NCBI GenBank assembly: GCA_965215005.1
Contig: CBDCCZ010000042.1
Span: 64,001-128,000, forward strand
Source: Kofleriaceae bacterium
GTDB lineage: Bacteria > Myxococcota_A > Polyangia > Haliangiales > Haliangiaceae
Reading direction: 5' to 3'
DNA: 64,000 nt
In this document: piece after piece, positions 49,458 through 61,139 of the stretch
Layout of the letters: each line of letters begins with the position of its first letter
Position numbering within the stretch: position 1 is the first letter of the stretch
Position numbers and translations under genes: made by a program
The notes under the pieces: model-generated
The model's database searches: none
What the model saw: only the letters and a program-made list of their open reading frames with translations
Told to the model about the DNA's origin: nothing

Positions 49458-50948
49458 TTAAAACGCCAGCTGGGTCTCGATCAGGAGGCGGTGCGTCTTG
49501 TCCTGCGCCGGCGGCGACACCTCGCCCGCGTCGTAATTGAACAGCGTATAGGTGGCACCGAGCAAGCGGCCGCGCTGGTTGTACAGCATGACCAGCCCAT
49601 CGACTTGCCACAGTCGATCGCTCGGCGCGCTGCTCGAGGGCTGGCCACCTAGGCGAAGCAGTGGGAGCTCGCCGTAGCCCACCCGCGCCCCCACTGCCAG
49701 CCGTCCTGGCAGCGCAAACGCCAACACGTGCGCATATCCGGCGACGCGATGTTGCACCTCGTCGGAGCTGCCGAGCACTGCTGCCAGCTCCGGGTTACCG
49801 GTCAAGATCGTGCCCCAGCGCTCCTGCCGAAACAACCCCTCGGCGGCCAGCTCCCAGCCGCGCCATCGAAACAAGACATCCGCGCTCGCGCTCACCACGC
49901 GCACGTCATCGCCGTCGCCATCGGCATCGACATCGGTGTTCACATCAACGTCGCCGATGACCGCAGGAACGCGCAGGAGATCGTGAACCGCGCCCGCTGC
50001 CACCGTGAGACGCGGGCCTCCGCCGCGGCGATCGCCATACTCCGGTGCCATCCGCTCCCCCAGCACAGCGAGCTCGACGCGCGCCAAGAGCGTTGGATCG
50101 ATGTTGTCGTTGACGCCGCCGGCCCCGTTGCCGAGCCCTACGTAGTAGCCAAACCGCTCGCCGAGCCATCCAAATGCACCAATCTGGGGATCGCGCCCAT
50201 AGCGATAGGCGTCGATCAACGCGGGCCGCTCGGCGAACGCGTGCAGCGAGATCGGCGTGATGAAGCTGCGGGTGAATTGCGTGCGATATTGGCCGGCACG
50301 AAGGGTGAGAGCCTCAGAGACCCGATAGTCACCAAAGAAGTCGAGCAGCGCGATCGGCCGGGCGAAGTCGATGAGCACTCCCACTGCAATCGCCTCGCTC
50401 GCTTGCGCCGCCAGTCGCAGCCGCGCCCGCGGCACCTCGAGCGTCGACACGACGACCTCGTCGAGGTCTTCGTTGGTCTGCAGCCGGTAACGCGTCTGCA
50501 CGAAGCCGCCGATGCGAAGCCAGATATCTGGACTGTCGGTGGCAAGCAAGATGCCATCGTCGAAACCGATGCCACCGACCACGCGCCGGCCGCCGGGCTC
50601 CTCCGTCCAGGGCTGCTCGAGCGCCGCCAGCTCGGCGCGTAGCGCGCCCACCTCCTGCTCGAGCGCCGCAGTCAGCGCCTCGAGGCGATCGAGCTCGGCG
50701 ACCGCGTCTGGGATGCTCGCGCGCTCCCGCTCGAGCGTATCGAGCCGTTGCTCGAGTGCCACCATCCGAGCTTCCAGCTCGGTCACCGTCGCCGCCAACG
50801 TCGGCACCAGGGTCGCGCGCTCGCGCAGCTCGGCGAGCTCGGCGGCCAGTCGCGAGAGCTCCTCGGTCAGCGGCGGCCGAGGCTGTGCCGAGGCAACCGA
50901 GGAGACCGCGAGCACGACAGTGAGAGAAACGACGAGGCGTATCTTCAT
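49458..50948 (-). CDS. Outer-membrane porin (OprO/P-like) with N-terminal coiled coil
   Basis: Signal peptide; heptad-rich segment; RARL, LRAGQY; terminal QLAF. Confidence 0.8.
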   Translation of the reverse strand: MKIRLVVSLTVVLAVSSVASAQPRPPLTEELSRLAAELAELRERATLVPTLAATVTELEARMVALEQRLDTLERERASIPDAVAELDRLEALTAALEQEVGALRAELAALEQPWTEEPGGRRVVGGIGFDDGILLATDSPDIWLRIGGFVQTRYRLQTNEDLDEVVVSTLEVPRARLRLAAQASEAIAVGVLIDFARPIALLDFFGDYRVSEALTLRAGQYRTQFTRSFITPISLHAFAERPALIDAYRYGRDPQIGAFGWLGERFGYYVGLGNGAGGVNDNIDPTLLARVELAVLGERMAPEYGDRRGGGPRLTVAAGAVHDLLRVPAVIGDVDVNTDVDADGDGDDVRVVSASADVLFRWRGWELAAEGLFRQERWGTILTGNPELAAVLGSSDEVQHRVAGYAHVLAFALPGRLAVGARVGYGELPLLRLGGQPSSSAPSDRLWQVDGLVMLYNQRGRLLGATYTLFNYDAGEVSPPAQDKTHRLLIETQLAF

Positions 50949-51141
50949 GGAAGCGGCTAGTTTCCCGCAGCAGGCGCATGCGTCCTAACAAGCGTCCATC
51001 GAGGGTCGAGCGAAGCCGAGGTACTCACGTTGGCGGTCTCTTTAGGTTGAGGTTCATCGAGAGCTTGTTCTTCGTCCCCAGAACGCATCGGCAGCGTTTG
51101 CTGGGCGGAGGTCGCGCTGAAACGCTCGGCTATGGACGAGC

Positions 51142-51177
51142 AAAAAAAAGCGCCCCTGCCAGATCCGGCAGGGGCGC
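51142..51177 (-). terminator. Intrinsic terminator
   Basis: Perfect 11-bp stem GCGCCCCTGCC/GGCAGGGGCGC followed by T8 on the minus strand. Confidence 0.9.
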
Positions 51178-51231
51178 CATTATCACGCTACCAGCGCGGC
51201 GACGCCAGTTGGCGCCGCTCATGACGACCGA

Positions 51232-51966
51232 TCAGCGGCGATGGTCGCGGACGTTTACACCCGAGACCCAGCGGCCCTCGATCCACACATACTGGTTACC
51301 TTGCAGCTCCCAGCGGCCTTCCTCCCACTGCTGGTCGCTGCGGGCGCGCTCCCAGTGACCATCGACCCAGTCCCAGCGACCGTCGCGCCAGTCCCAACGG
51401 CCGCGAATCCACACATATCCGCTGCGCGGTTGCACTTGCCGATAGCGCGGCGCCGGTGGCGCCTCGCTGGGCCAGCGGTGATCGCGAACCACGACGCCGC
51501 CGGACTGCGTCTGGTCGCGGTGATCGCGAACCACGACGCCGCCGGACTGCGTCTGGTCGCGGTGGTCACGCACCTCTACGCCGCCCGGCTGCGCCTGGTC
51601 GCGATGATCGCGAACCACAACGTCGCCGCCGGCATTGCCACGCGCGACCCAGTGACCCTCGACCCAGTGATACTGATTGCCGCGACGCTCCCAGCGACCT
51701 TCATCCCAGGCGTAGCCGGAGCGGTCGCGAATCCAATGGCCGTCCTGCCAGGTCCACTCGCCGTTGCGGAACTCCCAGCGACCGCGAACCCACACGTACC
51801 CGCTGCGCGATTCCACTTGCCGATAACGCGGCGGCGGCGGCTCTTCGGAAACGACGTAGGAGGGGCGAACTCGTGCCCGCGCTCGAACCACACACGCGGG
51901 TGCAACGGTAGCGAGGCAGGCGATCAGCCCCAGTCCGGTAAAGAAACGGCGCCATTGAGCGGTCAT
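51232..51966 (-). CDS. YXWGXW-repeat lipoprotein
   Basis: AAGGAG RBS; VAPAC lipobox; two blocks of YVWVRGRW/W..GHW repeats separated by VRDHR repeats. Confidence 0.88.
   Translation of the reverse strand: MTAQWRRFFTGLGLIACLATVAPACVVRARARVRPSYVVSEEPPPPRYRQVESRSGYVWVRGRWEFRNGEWTWQDGHWIRDRSGYAWDEGRWERRGNQYHWVEGHWVARGNAGGDVVVRDHRDQAQPGGVEVRDHRDQTQSGGVVVRDHRDQTQSGGVVVRDHRWPSEAPPAPRYRQVQPRSGYVWIRGRWDWRDGRWDWVDGHWERARSDQQWEEGRWELQGNQYVWIEGRWVSGVNVRDHRR
51475..51630 (-). repeat. 42-bp coding tandem repeat (GGVVVRDHRDQTQS), about 4 units
   Basis: GCGGTGATCGCGAACCACGACGCCGCCGGACTGCGTCTGGTC occurs twice exactly, plus two diverged units. Confidence 0.9.
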
Positions 51967-52177
51967 TGCGCAATTCTCCTTGCTAAGTGAGTTGGTCATA
52001 GTCCAAGCGAAAGACGTCGTGATGCTTGGACGACCTTCCCCCGCTAAGTTTCACGCCAAGGATGAACTTGCTCGCGCGTGGAAGTCAACCTGCGCGAATC
52101 ACTACGGTTTATCTCCGCGTGAAGCGGGCCCGACGGTCGCGCGAGCGGGGATCGCCCGCGCGAGGCGGCCGCTGCCG

Positions 52178-53899
<1,722 letters not shown>

Positions 53900-53905
53900 C
53901 GGGCC

Positions 53906-54442
53906 CTACGCTTTCTCGCGGTCGGCTACGTCGGGCCGAAACCGCAGGTAGGTGACCTTGACGGTGCCATCTTCGATAGCCACTGGCAGCGGGTCGAGGC
54001 CGCGCTTGGCAGGGCCGCTGAGCTTATCGCCGTCAACGGCGAAGGCGCTGCGGTGACAGGGACACTTGAAGACGCCTTCGCTCGCATCGAAGTCGACGGC
54101 ACAGCCCAAGTGAGGGCACACCGTGGAAAACGCCTGCAGCTCGCCAGTGTCGGTCTTGCGCACCCAGGCGGCACCGAGCGGCACGTCGCGAACCGTTCCC
54201 CACGCGTCGCGAGTCTCCTCTGCGGTGATTTCCACGCGAACCGGCGGAGCCCCCACCGCGAGCGCGTCGGCGCGCAGGACGTCAACCGGTGCTTCGGGGC
54301 TCTTCACCACCCGCCGTCCGAGCGGGAAGAGCAGGTAGCGAACCAGCGGATATGCGACGCCAGCGCCGATGGCGCCGCCGATGGCCAGCGAAGCGCGCAC
54401 CAGGAGCTTGCGGCGAGAGGGGTCTGGAGGGGTCTCGGTCAT
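53906..54442 (-). CDS. Rieske iron-sulfur protein
   Basis: Tat-like SRRKLL plus TM segment; CPHLGC and CPCH motifs. Confidence 0.95.
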   Translation of the reverse strand: MTETPPDPSRRKLLVRASLAIGGAIGAGVAYPLVRYLLFPLGRRVVKSPEAPVDVLRADALAVGAPPVRVEITAEETRDAWGTVRDVPLGAAWVRKTDTGELQAFSTVCPHLGCAVDFDASEGVFKCPCHRSAFAVDGDKLSGPAKRGLDPLPVAIEDGTVKVTYLRFRPDVADREKA

Positions 54443-54562
54443 GGGGATCCTTTCCCCCGGTGTAACGACCCGACGCTGCCCGAGGTTACTGACAGCCGAC
54501 GACGACGATCTCGCGTTCGCTCGGCACCGAGCCCGCCAAGGCGCCGTGCGGCTCGTGCGCCA

Positions 54563-54937
54563 TCACCCGAAGGCTTTTTCGTCGCGCTCCTGAGCCTCTT
54601 TGCACTGAATGCAGAGACTGGTCTCCGGCCTCGCCTCGAGCCGCTTCTTACCGATGGGCTCCTCGCATTCTTCGCAGATCCCGAAGGTCCCCTCGTCGAT
54701 CTTGCGGAGCGCGTAGTCGATCTTGCTCAGCAGCGCCTTCTCGCGGCCGCGCAGGCGAAACTCAAACGACTGCAGGTACTCGCTCGAAGCCAGATCCATC
54801 TCATCGGCGAGATCGTTCGGGTCGAGGGTCATGTCCTCGTTGAGCGTTTTTTGTGCTCTTGCCAGCACACTCTTGCGCTTCTCATCGAGAAGGGCCCGAA
54901 ACTTGGTGAGCTCACGTTTCGTCAACGCTTTGGCCAC
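54563..54937 (-). CDS. dksA: DksA/TraR C4 zinc-finger protein
   Basis: DEMDLAS coiled-coil tip; FGICEECEEPI..KRLEARP...LCIQC. Confidence 0.9.
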   Translation of the reverse strand: MAKALTKRELTKFRALLDEKRKSVLARAQKTLNEDMTLDPNDLADEMDLASSEYLQSFEFRLRGREKALLSKIDYALRKIDEGTFGICEECEEPIGKKRLEARPETSLCIQCKEAQERDEKAFG

Positions 54938-54985
54938 GTTTTCCCCTTGCTACCCTGACGGCCCTGGAGTGGTCAGAGGCGGGGG

Positions 54986-55014
54986 AACATACGGGCCTTC
55001 GAGCTTCGGATCAA
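54986..55014 (-). promoter_or_regulatory. Putative sigma-70 promoter for dksA
   Basis: TTGATC-N17-TATGTT. Confidence 0.6.
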
Positions 55015-55048
55015 GGGCAAAAGGCGCAACCATACATATCCCGATGCC

Positions 55049-55078
55049 TTGACACGTTGTATGCGAAGTCTCGAAACT
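55049..55078 (+). promoter_or_regulatory. Putative sigma-70 promoter for cdbA
   Basis: TTGACA-N18-GAAACT, ending 10 nt before the ATG. Confidence 0.5.
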
Positions 55079-55088
55079 TACGCCTAAT

Positions 55089-55292
55089 ATGGCTGGCTCG
55101 GATAAACGCAAACAGTCGCTCTACTTCCCCGAGGAAATGCTCAAGGAGATCCAGGAGGAGGCCGCCCGGCAAGACCGGTCGCTGTCGTGGATCGTCCAGA
55201 AAGCGTGGAAAATCGCCCGGAAGGAGATCATGAAATACCCATCGGTGAACGAGTTTCCCGGCGAAGAAGACTCGAAAGAGCTCACATCTTGA
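55089..55292 (+). CDS. cdbA: CdbA-like ribbon-helix-helix c-di-GMP-binding nucleoid-associated protein (MXAN_4361/4362 family)
   Basis: 67 aa; DKRKQSLYFPEEMLKEIQEEA.RQDRSLSW.VQ.AWKIAR recognised from the Myxococcus family. Confidence 0.88.
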   Translation: MAGSDKRKQSLYFPEEMLKEIQEEAARQDRSLSWIVQKAWKIARKEIMKYPSVNEFPGEEDSKELTS

Positions 55293-55445
55293 GGTATCCC
55301 GGTTCACGATGGATGTCGTGACACCACGAAACCTCACCGGCGACGAGGGAGCCGCCGGCGCGGCGGCGTGACGCGCTTCTCGCCAGTCGCCACGGAGGGG
55401 GCGGCCGAGAAGCGCGCCACGACTCACGCGTCGGCACGGTAGTTG

Positions 55446-56336
<891 letters not shown>

Positions 56337-56432
56337 TCCGCCGGCCAGCGGCCGGTGGCCAAACCACCTTGACCTGCCTTCATCGACCCCGCTACGCTTA
56401 GGCACTGCTCCCGCCGGGACTGGGAGGCGTCG

Positions 56433-59400
56433 ATGAAACTACTACGGGTGGTCAGACAGCTCGCGACTGTCCTTGGCCTTGGTGTGCTCGCTAGCTGCGC
56501 CGGCCCCCAGGGCTGCGCTTGCGTGGTGCCTATTCCCGGCGGCTTTCCCGCTGCCGAACGCACCCCTAACGCCGTGCAGCTGCGGCTCTCGAGCACCGGC
56601 ATCGCCGCCATCGAGGACAACGCCGCCACCCTCCTTGAGACGCTTGCCAGTGGCGGCCTCCGGTTTGACATCCCTGCCGCCTGCGGCGCGGGCGACAACC
56701 CGAAGATTTGCTGCGATGACGCCGGCAATCCGCTGCCCACGTGCGGTCCCATCGCCATCGACGTCCAACGTCGCCCTGGCGATTCCGCGCGACTCGAGCT
56801 CGATCCGGTAACCGGGGCCGCGCAGCTGGGACTGCGCATCCGGGCACGCATCAAGACCGAAGAACCGCTGCGCGTCCGCGCGCTGGGCACGACGTGCACC
56901 GTCACCATCGACACCGAAGACGACGGCCGCGACAGCCTCTCGGTCGCCGCCACGCTCGGCTTCGCGCAAAGCCAAGCTCGCGGTACCACCGAGCTCCGCG
57001 CCAGCGCGATCGACATCGACGACCTCGACGGCGGCGACATCGACGTCAGCGGCGGGCTGCTGTGCGGGCTGGCGGATCTGACCGTCGGATTGTGGAAAGG
57101 ACTGCTCATCGGCACCTTCGAGGATCGCCTGGCGCAGTCGATTAATCAGCAGGTCTGCAAGCCCTGCCCCGGCGGGACCGCTGCGGAGTGCGGCGAGCTC
57201 GCCGACGCGTGTACCGCCGGCATCTGCATGAGCGGCCAGGAGTGCATGCAGGAGCTGGGTGTGACCGGCCGGCTCATCGCCGGTTCGCTCTTTGCCACCT
57301 TATCGCCTACCACCCTCGGCGCGCTGGACGTCTATGAAGTCGCGGGCGGTTATGTCGAGAGCGACAGCGGCGGCCTCTCCGTCGGCTTTCTCGGCGGTAT
57401 GCAGCCGGGCGGCGCCGAACGCGACCGCTGCGGACCACCTGCCGAGCCGCCGCCTCGCGCCTCCATCGCACGCTCAGCGTTCTTCACCGGCAACACCCGG
57501 CCCGACACCGGCGCGGCGTTCGACGTCGCCATCGGCATTCATCAGCAGCACCTCACAGAAGCCGCCTGGGCCGCGTATGAGGGCGGATTTCTCTGCCTCA
57601 ACGTCGACACCCAAGCGCTGAGCCTCCTCAACTCGGACTCGCTGGCACTGCTCATGCCCTCCCTGTTGAGCTTGCTACACGGCGAAATCGCGCCGATGAG
57701 ACTCGGGCTGCGCCCGCAACAGCCGCCGACCGTCGCGCTCGGCGCCGGCAGCTTCACCGAGGTCGACGGCCAGCGCGTCGTCGATGAGCCGCTGCTGGAT
57801 ATCTCCTGGCCAGACCTCGAGCTCGACTTCTACGCCATGGTCGATGATCAGTGGATCCGCGTCATGACCGTGCGCACCGACGTGCGGTTACCGATGAATC
57901 TCGACATCGGCGCCAGCGGCGAGCTCATTCCCGTCATGGGCGAGCTCGAAGATGCGTTCTCAGCCCTCACCGTCACGCACAGCGAAGCACTCGAGGAGAG
58001 CCCCGCCGAGCTCGAGGCCACGTTTCCAGCCTTGCTCGCGGTGGCGCTGCCACTGGTGGCCGACGGCCTCGGCGGCTTCGTGCTTCCGCAACTCGGCGGC
58101 CTCGAGATGCGCATTCCGCCCGATGGCATTGCCGCTGTCGACGGAGCCAGTTTTCTGGCCTTGTTCGGCAGCTTCGGGCCGCCTATGGCCGCGGCCCGCG
58201 TCGCCACGACCGCACGCATCGTTGGGGTCGTGGTGCCGCCGACCAGCGCCTTCTCGAGCTCGTCCGCCGAAGCCGAGGAGCGCCCCCGCGGTCACGGTCT
58301 CGCTTGGCGGCAGCTTACAAGACGAAGCCAGCGCCCCGCTCGAGTGGAGCGTTCGCGTCGATGGCGGCGTGTGGTCGCCCTATAGTCGATCGCCCACGCG
58401 GCGGCTGGCGCGACGCGGGTTTTGGTTGCAAGGGCGCCATCGCGTCGAGGTCCGTGGCCGCGTCGTCGGCCGTCCCGAAACCACCGATGACTCGCCAGTG
58501 GTGCTCGAGCCCATCATCGATACGGTGCCGCCCAAGGCGGCGGCCACTCAGGTCGCCGACGAGGGCATGGGTCTACGCCTCGGACAACGTCTCGCGCGGC
58601 CGTCTACGCGCCCGCTACCGACTCGGCGGCGGCTGGCAAAACGTGGCGATTCCGGCCGCGATTCCGCTTCGAGGACAGCCGCTGACGGCGCTCGAGGTCG
58701 AGGTCATTGACGAGGTGGGCAACGCCACCCGCGCCGTCGGCAAGACTCCATCGCGCTCGGCGGCCAGAGCGCAGGCAGCGGCGGCTGTCGGGCCGGCGGC
58801 GACAGCAATGGCCTCACCCTGGTGGTTCTCGGGTTGCTCGGCTTGTTGTGGCCGCGCCGACGGTTTCGTTTCTCACGCCCGCTCGTCGCGCTCGCGCTCC
58901 TCTTTGCGAGTCTCGCTGGCTGCGGCGGTGATCGCGGCTGCCCTGGTGGCACCTGCGCCGACGGCGAGGTGCCCCACGGCCCCATCGGGCGCTACGCCTC
59001 GCTGGCCGCCGATGGTAGACGCGTGGTCATCGCGGCCTATGACGAAAGCCTGGGCGATTTGGTCTTTGTCGAACGCAATGGCGACGCGCTGCGATATCGC
59101 CCCCATCGACGGCGTTCCCCAACGACGCGCCCAGCTACGAGCCCAGCAGCTACCGCGGCGGCGTGGCTGCAGCGGGCGCCGATGTCGGCGCCTGGACCTC
59201 GGTAGCCCTGGTCGCGGGCAAGGCGATCATCGCCTACCAAGACCGCGACGCGGGGCAGCTCAAGCTCGCCAGGGAAGACGCGCGGTGGAAAAGCCACGTG
59301 GTCGATGCAGGCACCGACGGCGTCGCCGGAGCCTACGCCTCACTCGCCATCGAATCCCGAGGGCAGACCGGCCATCGCGTATCTCGTGACGGCCGTGAGC

Positions 59401-60265
59401 GACGGCAACGGCGGCCTCCAGACCCAGCTGCGGCTCGCTCGCGCCCACCACGCGCACCCCGAGCGGCGCCGACGACTGGACGGTCGAGGTGCTCGAAACC
59501 TCCGCGGCAAGCTGCGCTGGCCAGTGCGGTCCAGAGGCCACGTGCGCCCGGACGAGCTTCACGGAAGAGCGGTGCATTGCCCCCAGCAGTGACTGCGCGG
59601 AGAGCTGCGCCGAGGGAGCTATCTGCGATGCGAGCGCTTGCGTGCCGACGATTGCCACACCAGCCGCGCAAGAGCTGCCGACCGGAAGCGGGTTGTTCGC
59701 CGACCTATCGTTCTTCGCGGATGGGACCGCCGCGGTGGTGTTCTACGACCGCAACGCCGGCGCCCTCGTGGCTGTCATCGGCGGCGACGGCACCTGGACC
59801 CGTAGCGTATTAGATGATGCGACCACCGCCGATGGTCGGGCGCTGGGCCGATGGCGTCGTCGATGAGCAGGACACGCTGCATGTCCTCTATCAGGACGTG
59901 CTCGGCGAGCGGCTGCTCTACCGCACCTGGACCGACGGCACACTCGGCCCCGTCGAGGTCGTGGACGACGGCACCCGCGACGGCGACCGCCCCCATCCAG
60001 TGGGGTGCGTCGGCCACCATACTGCTCTTTAGCGCCGGCCCCTTGGCTGCGTATCAAGACGGCGCCACCGCCGACGTGTCGGTGGCGCGGCGCACGGCGG
60101 CGGGAGAGTGGGGAGCGGAGCGATCTCCTCACCGGAGCTCGACTCGACGGGTTCTACCTCGGCCTCGCCGGCACGGACGACCAAGGTTGGCTCGCCTCGT
60201 ATGCCTACGACCGGGCTTCATACCCCCCGGGTGAGCTGATTCTTTCAAGCATTTCAGCTCGTTAG
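56433..60265 (+). CDS. Large secreted lipoprotein (~1270 aa once frameshifts are corrected): BPI/LBP-like region, Ig-like region, internal MYXO-CTERM, second lipobox, beta-propeller-like region
   Basis: Removing 11 single extra bases joins ORFs 56433, 57952, 57851, 58822, 59163, 59305, 59489, 59814 and 60005 into one coherent frame ending at TAG 60265. Confidence 0.7.
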
Positions 60266-60529
60266 GTCGCCACTCGTCGCCGCCCCCAGGATCGTGCAGA
60301 CCCAGCGCGATCCCACCCCCACCGCGAGCCTGTACAGCGGGCGCCACGCGGGTGTAACCCCCCGAAAGAACTTCGCTCCGAAGCGTATTTTGCGGCTCTA
60401 AAAAAGCCAAGAATTCGCTCGCAAAAGCAAAGCAGATCAGGCAAGGTCAGCGTCCCAGCCGGGCTTCCAACGTTTCCAAGTATTTAGCGCCCGCCAACTC
60501 CATCCCAATCCCAAAGGACACACCAAGCG

Positions 60530-60769
60530 ATGACTCGACCCGTCCTACGTCGACTCGACGACGACAATGATGGTCTCGTAGCTCTACCGCCCGTGCCCGT
60601 CGTGCGGCAGCGACTGCGCACGACCGTCAAGGACTTTGCCGCATCGTCTCCGGGCCGCCGCGCTGCCGCGCTGGCGGCTGTCTGGATTGCTGCCACCGGC
60701 TGTGAGGCCGATCTCAGCACCTACGACGCCGAAGAAGCGTTGCGCACCTACCGTCTGATCGAAATCTGA
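60530..60769 (+). CDS. Small hypothetical protein (79 aa)
   Basis: AAAGGA upstream; preceded by a long A-rich intergenic region; coding-like codon use in the 3' half. Confidence 0.55.
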   Translation: MTRPVLRRLDDDNDGLVALPPVPVVRQRLRTTVKDFAASSPGRRAAALAAVWIAATGCEADLSTYDAEEALRTYRLIEI

Positions 60770-60782
60770 GCTGCGCGCCGAG

Positions 60783-60947
60783 CTACGTCTCACGATGGCG
60801 CGCGCGATCAACAACGAGCCGCACGTAGACACGCGCAACTCCATGCTCAAGATGCTCGATCACCTCGAGGAGCTTGAGCGAGCTGCTGTTGCGCCCCGCC
60901 CCACCCGCCGCCGCCGGCGTCGCTAACCACTCGTACATCGCAGTCAT
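60783..60947 (-). CDS. Small hypothetical protein (54 aa)
   Basis: GAGGTG immediately before the ATG; GC3-rich codons (LKLLEVIEHLEHGVARVYV). Confidence 0.45.
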   Translation of the reverse strand: MTAMYEWLATPAAAGGAGRNSSSLKLLEVIEHLEHGVARVYVRLVVDRARHRET

Positions 60948-61139
60948 CACCTCGCCCCGTAGAGCCCTAGGTTCTGCGAGGGCGGAGGTGTAGGTTGCAA
61001 AGGGGTTCCAGAAGCGCCTGCTGCGGGCGGCAGCCCACGGTGGCGCGACCAGGGCTTCTTGCCATCGCGGCGTCTTCACCACAGCGATGGTTGTGTCGCG
61101 CGCGCGGCGCCCGACGCGGCCCCAGCGCAGCGACGGGCG

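Noticed and set aside
51475..51630. Possible CRISPR array
   Set aside because: Contiguous in-frame 42-bp coding repeats without unique spacers; no cas genes in the window
60996..61010. Sigma-54 promoter TGGAACCCCTTTGCA on the minus strand
   Set aside because: GG-GC spacing is 9 rather than 10; cannot be resolved in an indel-prone region
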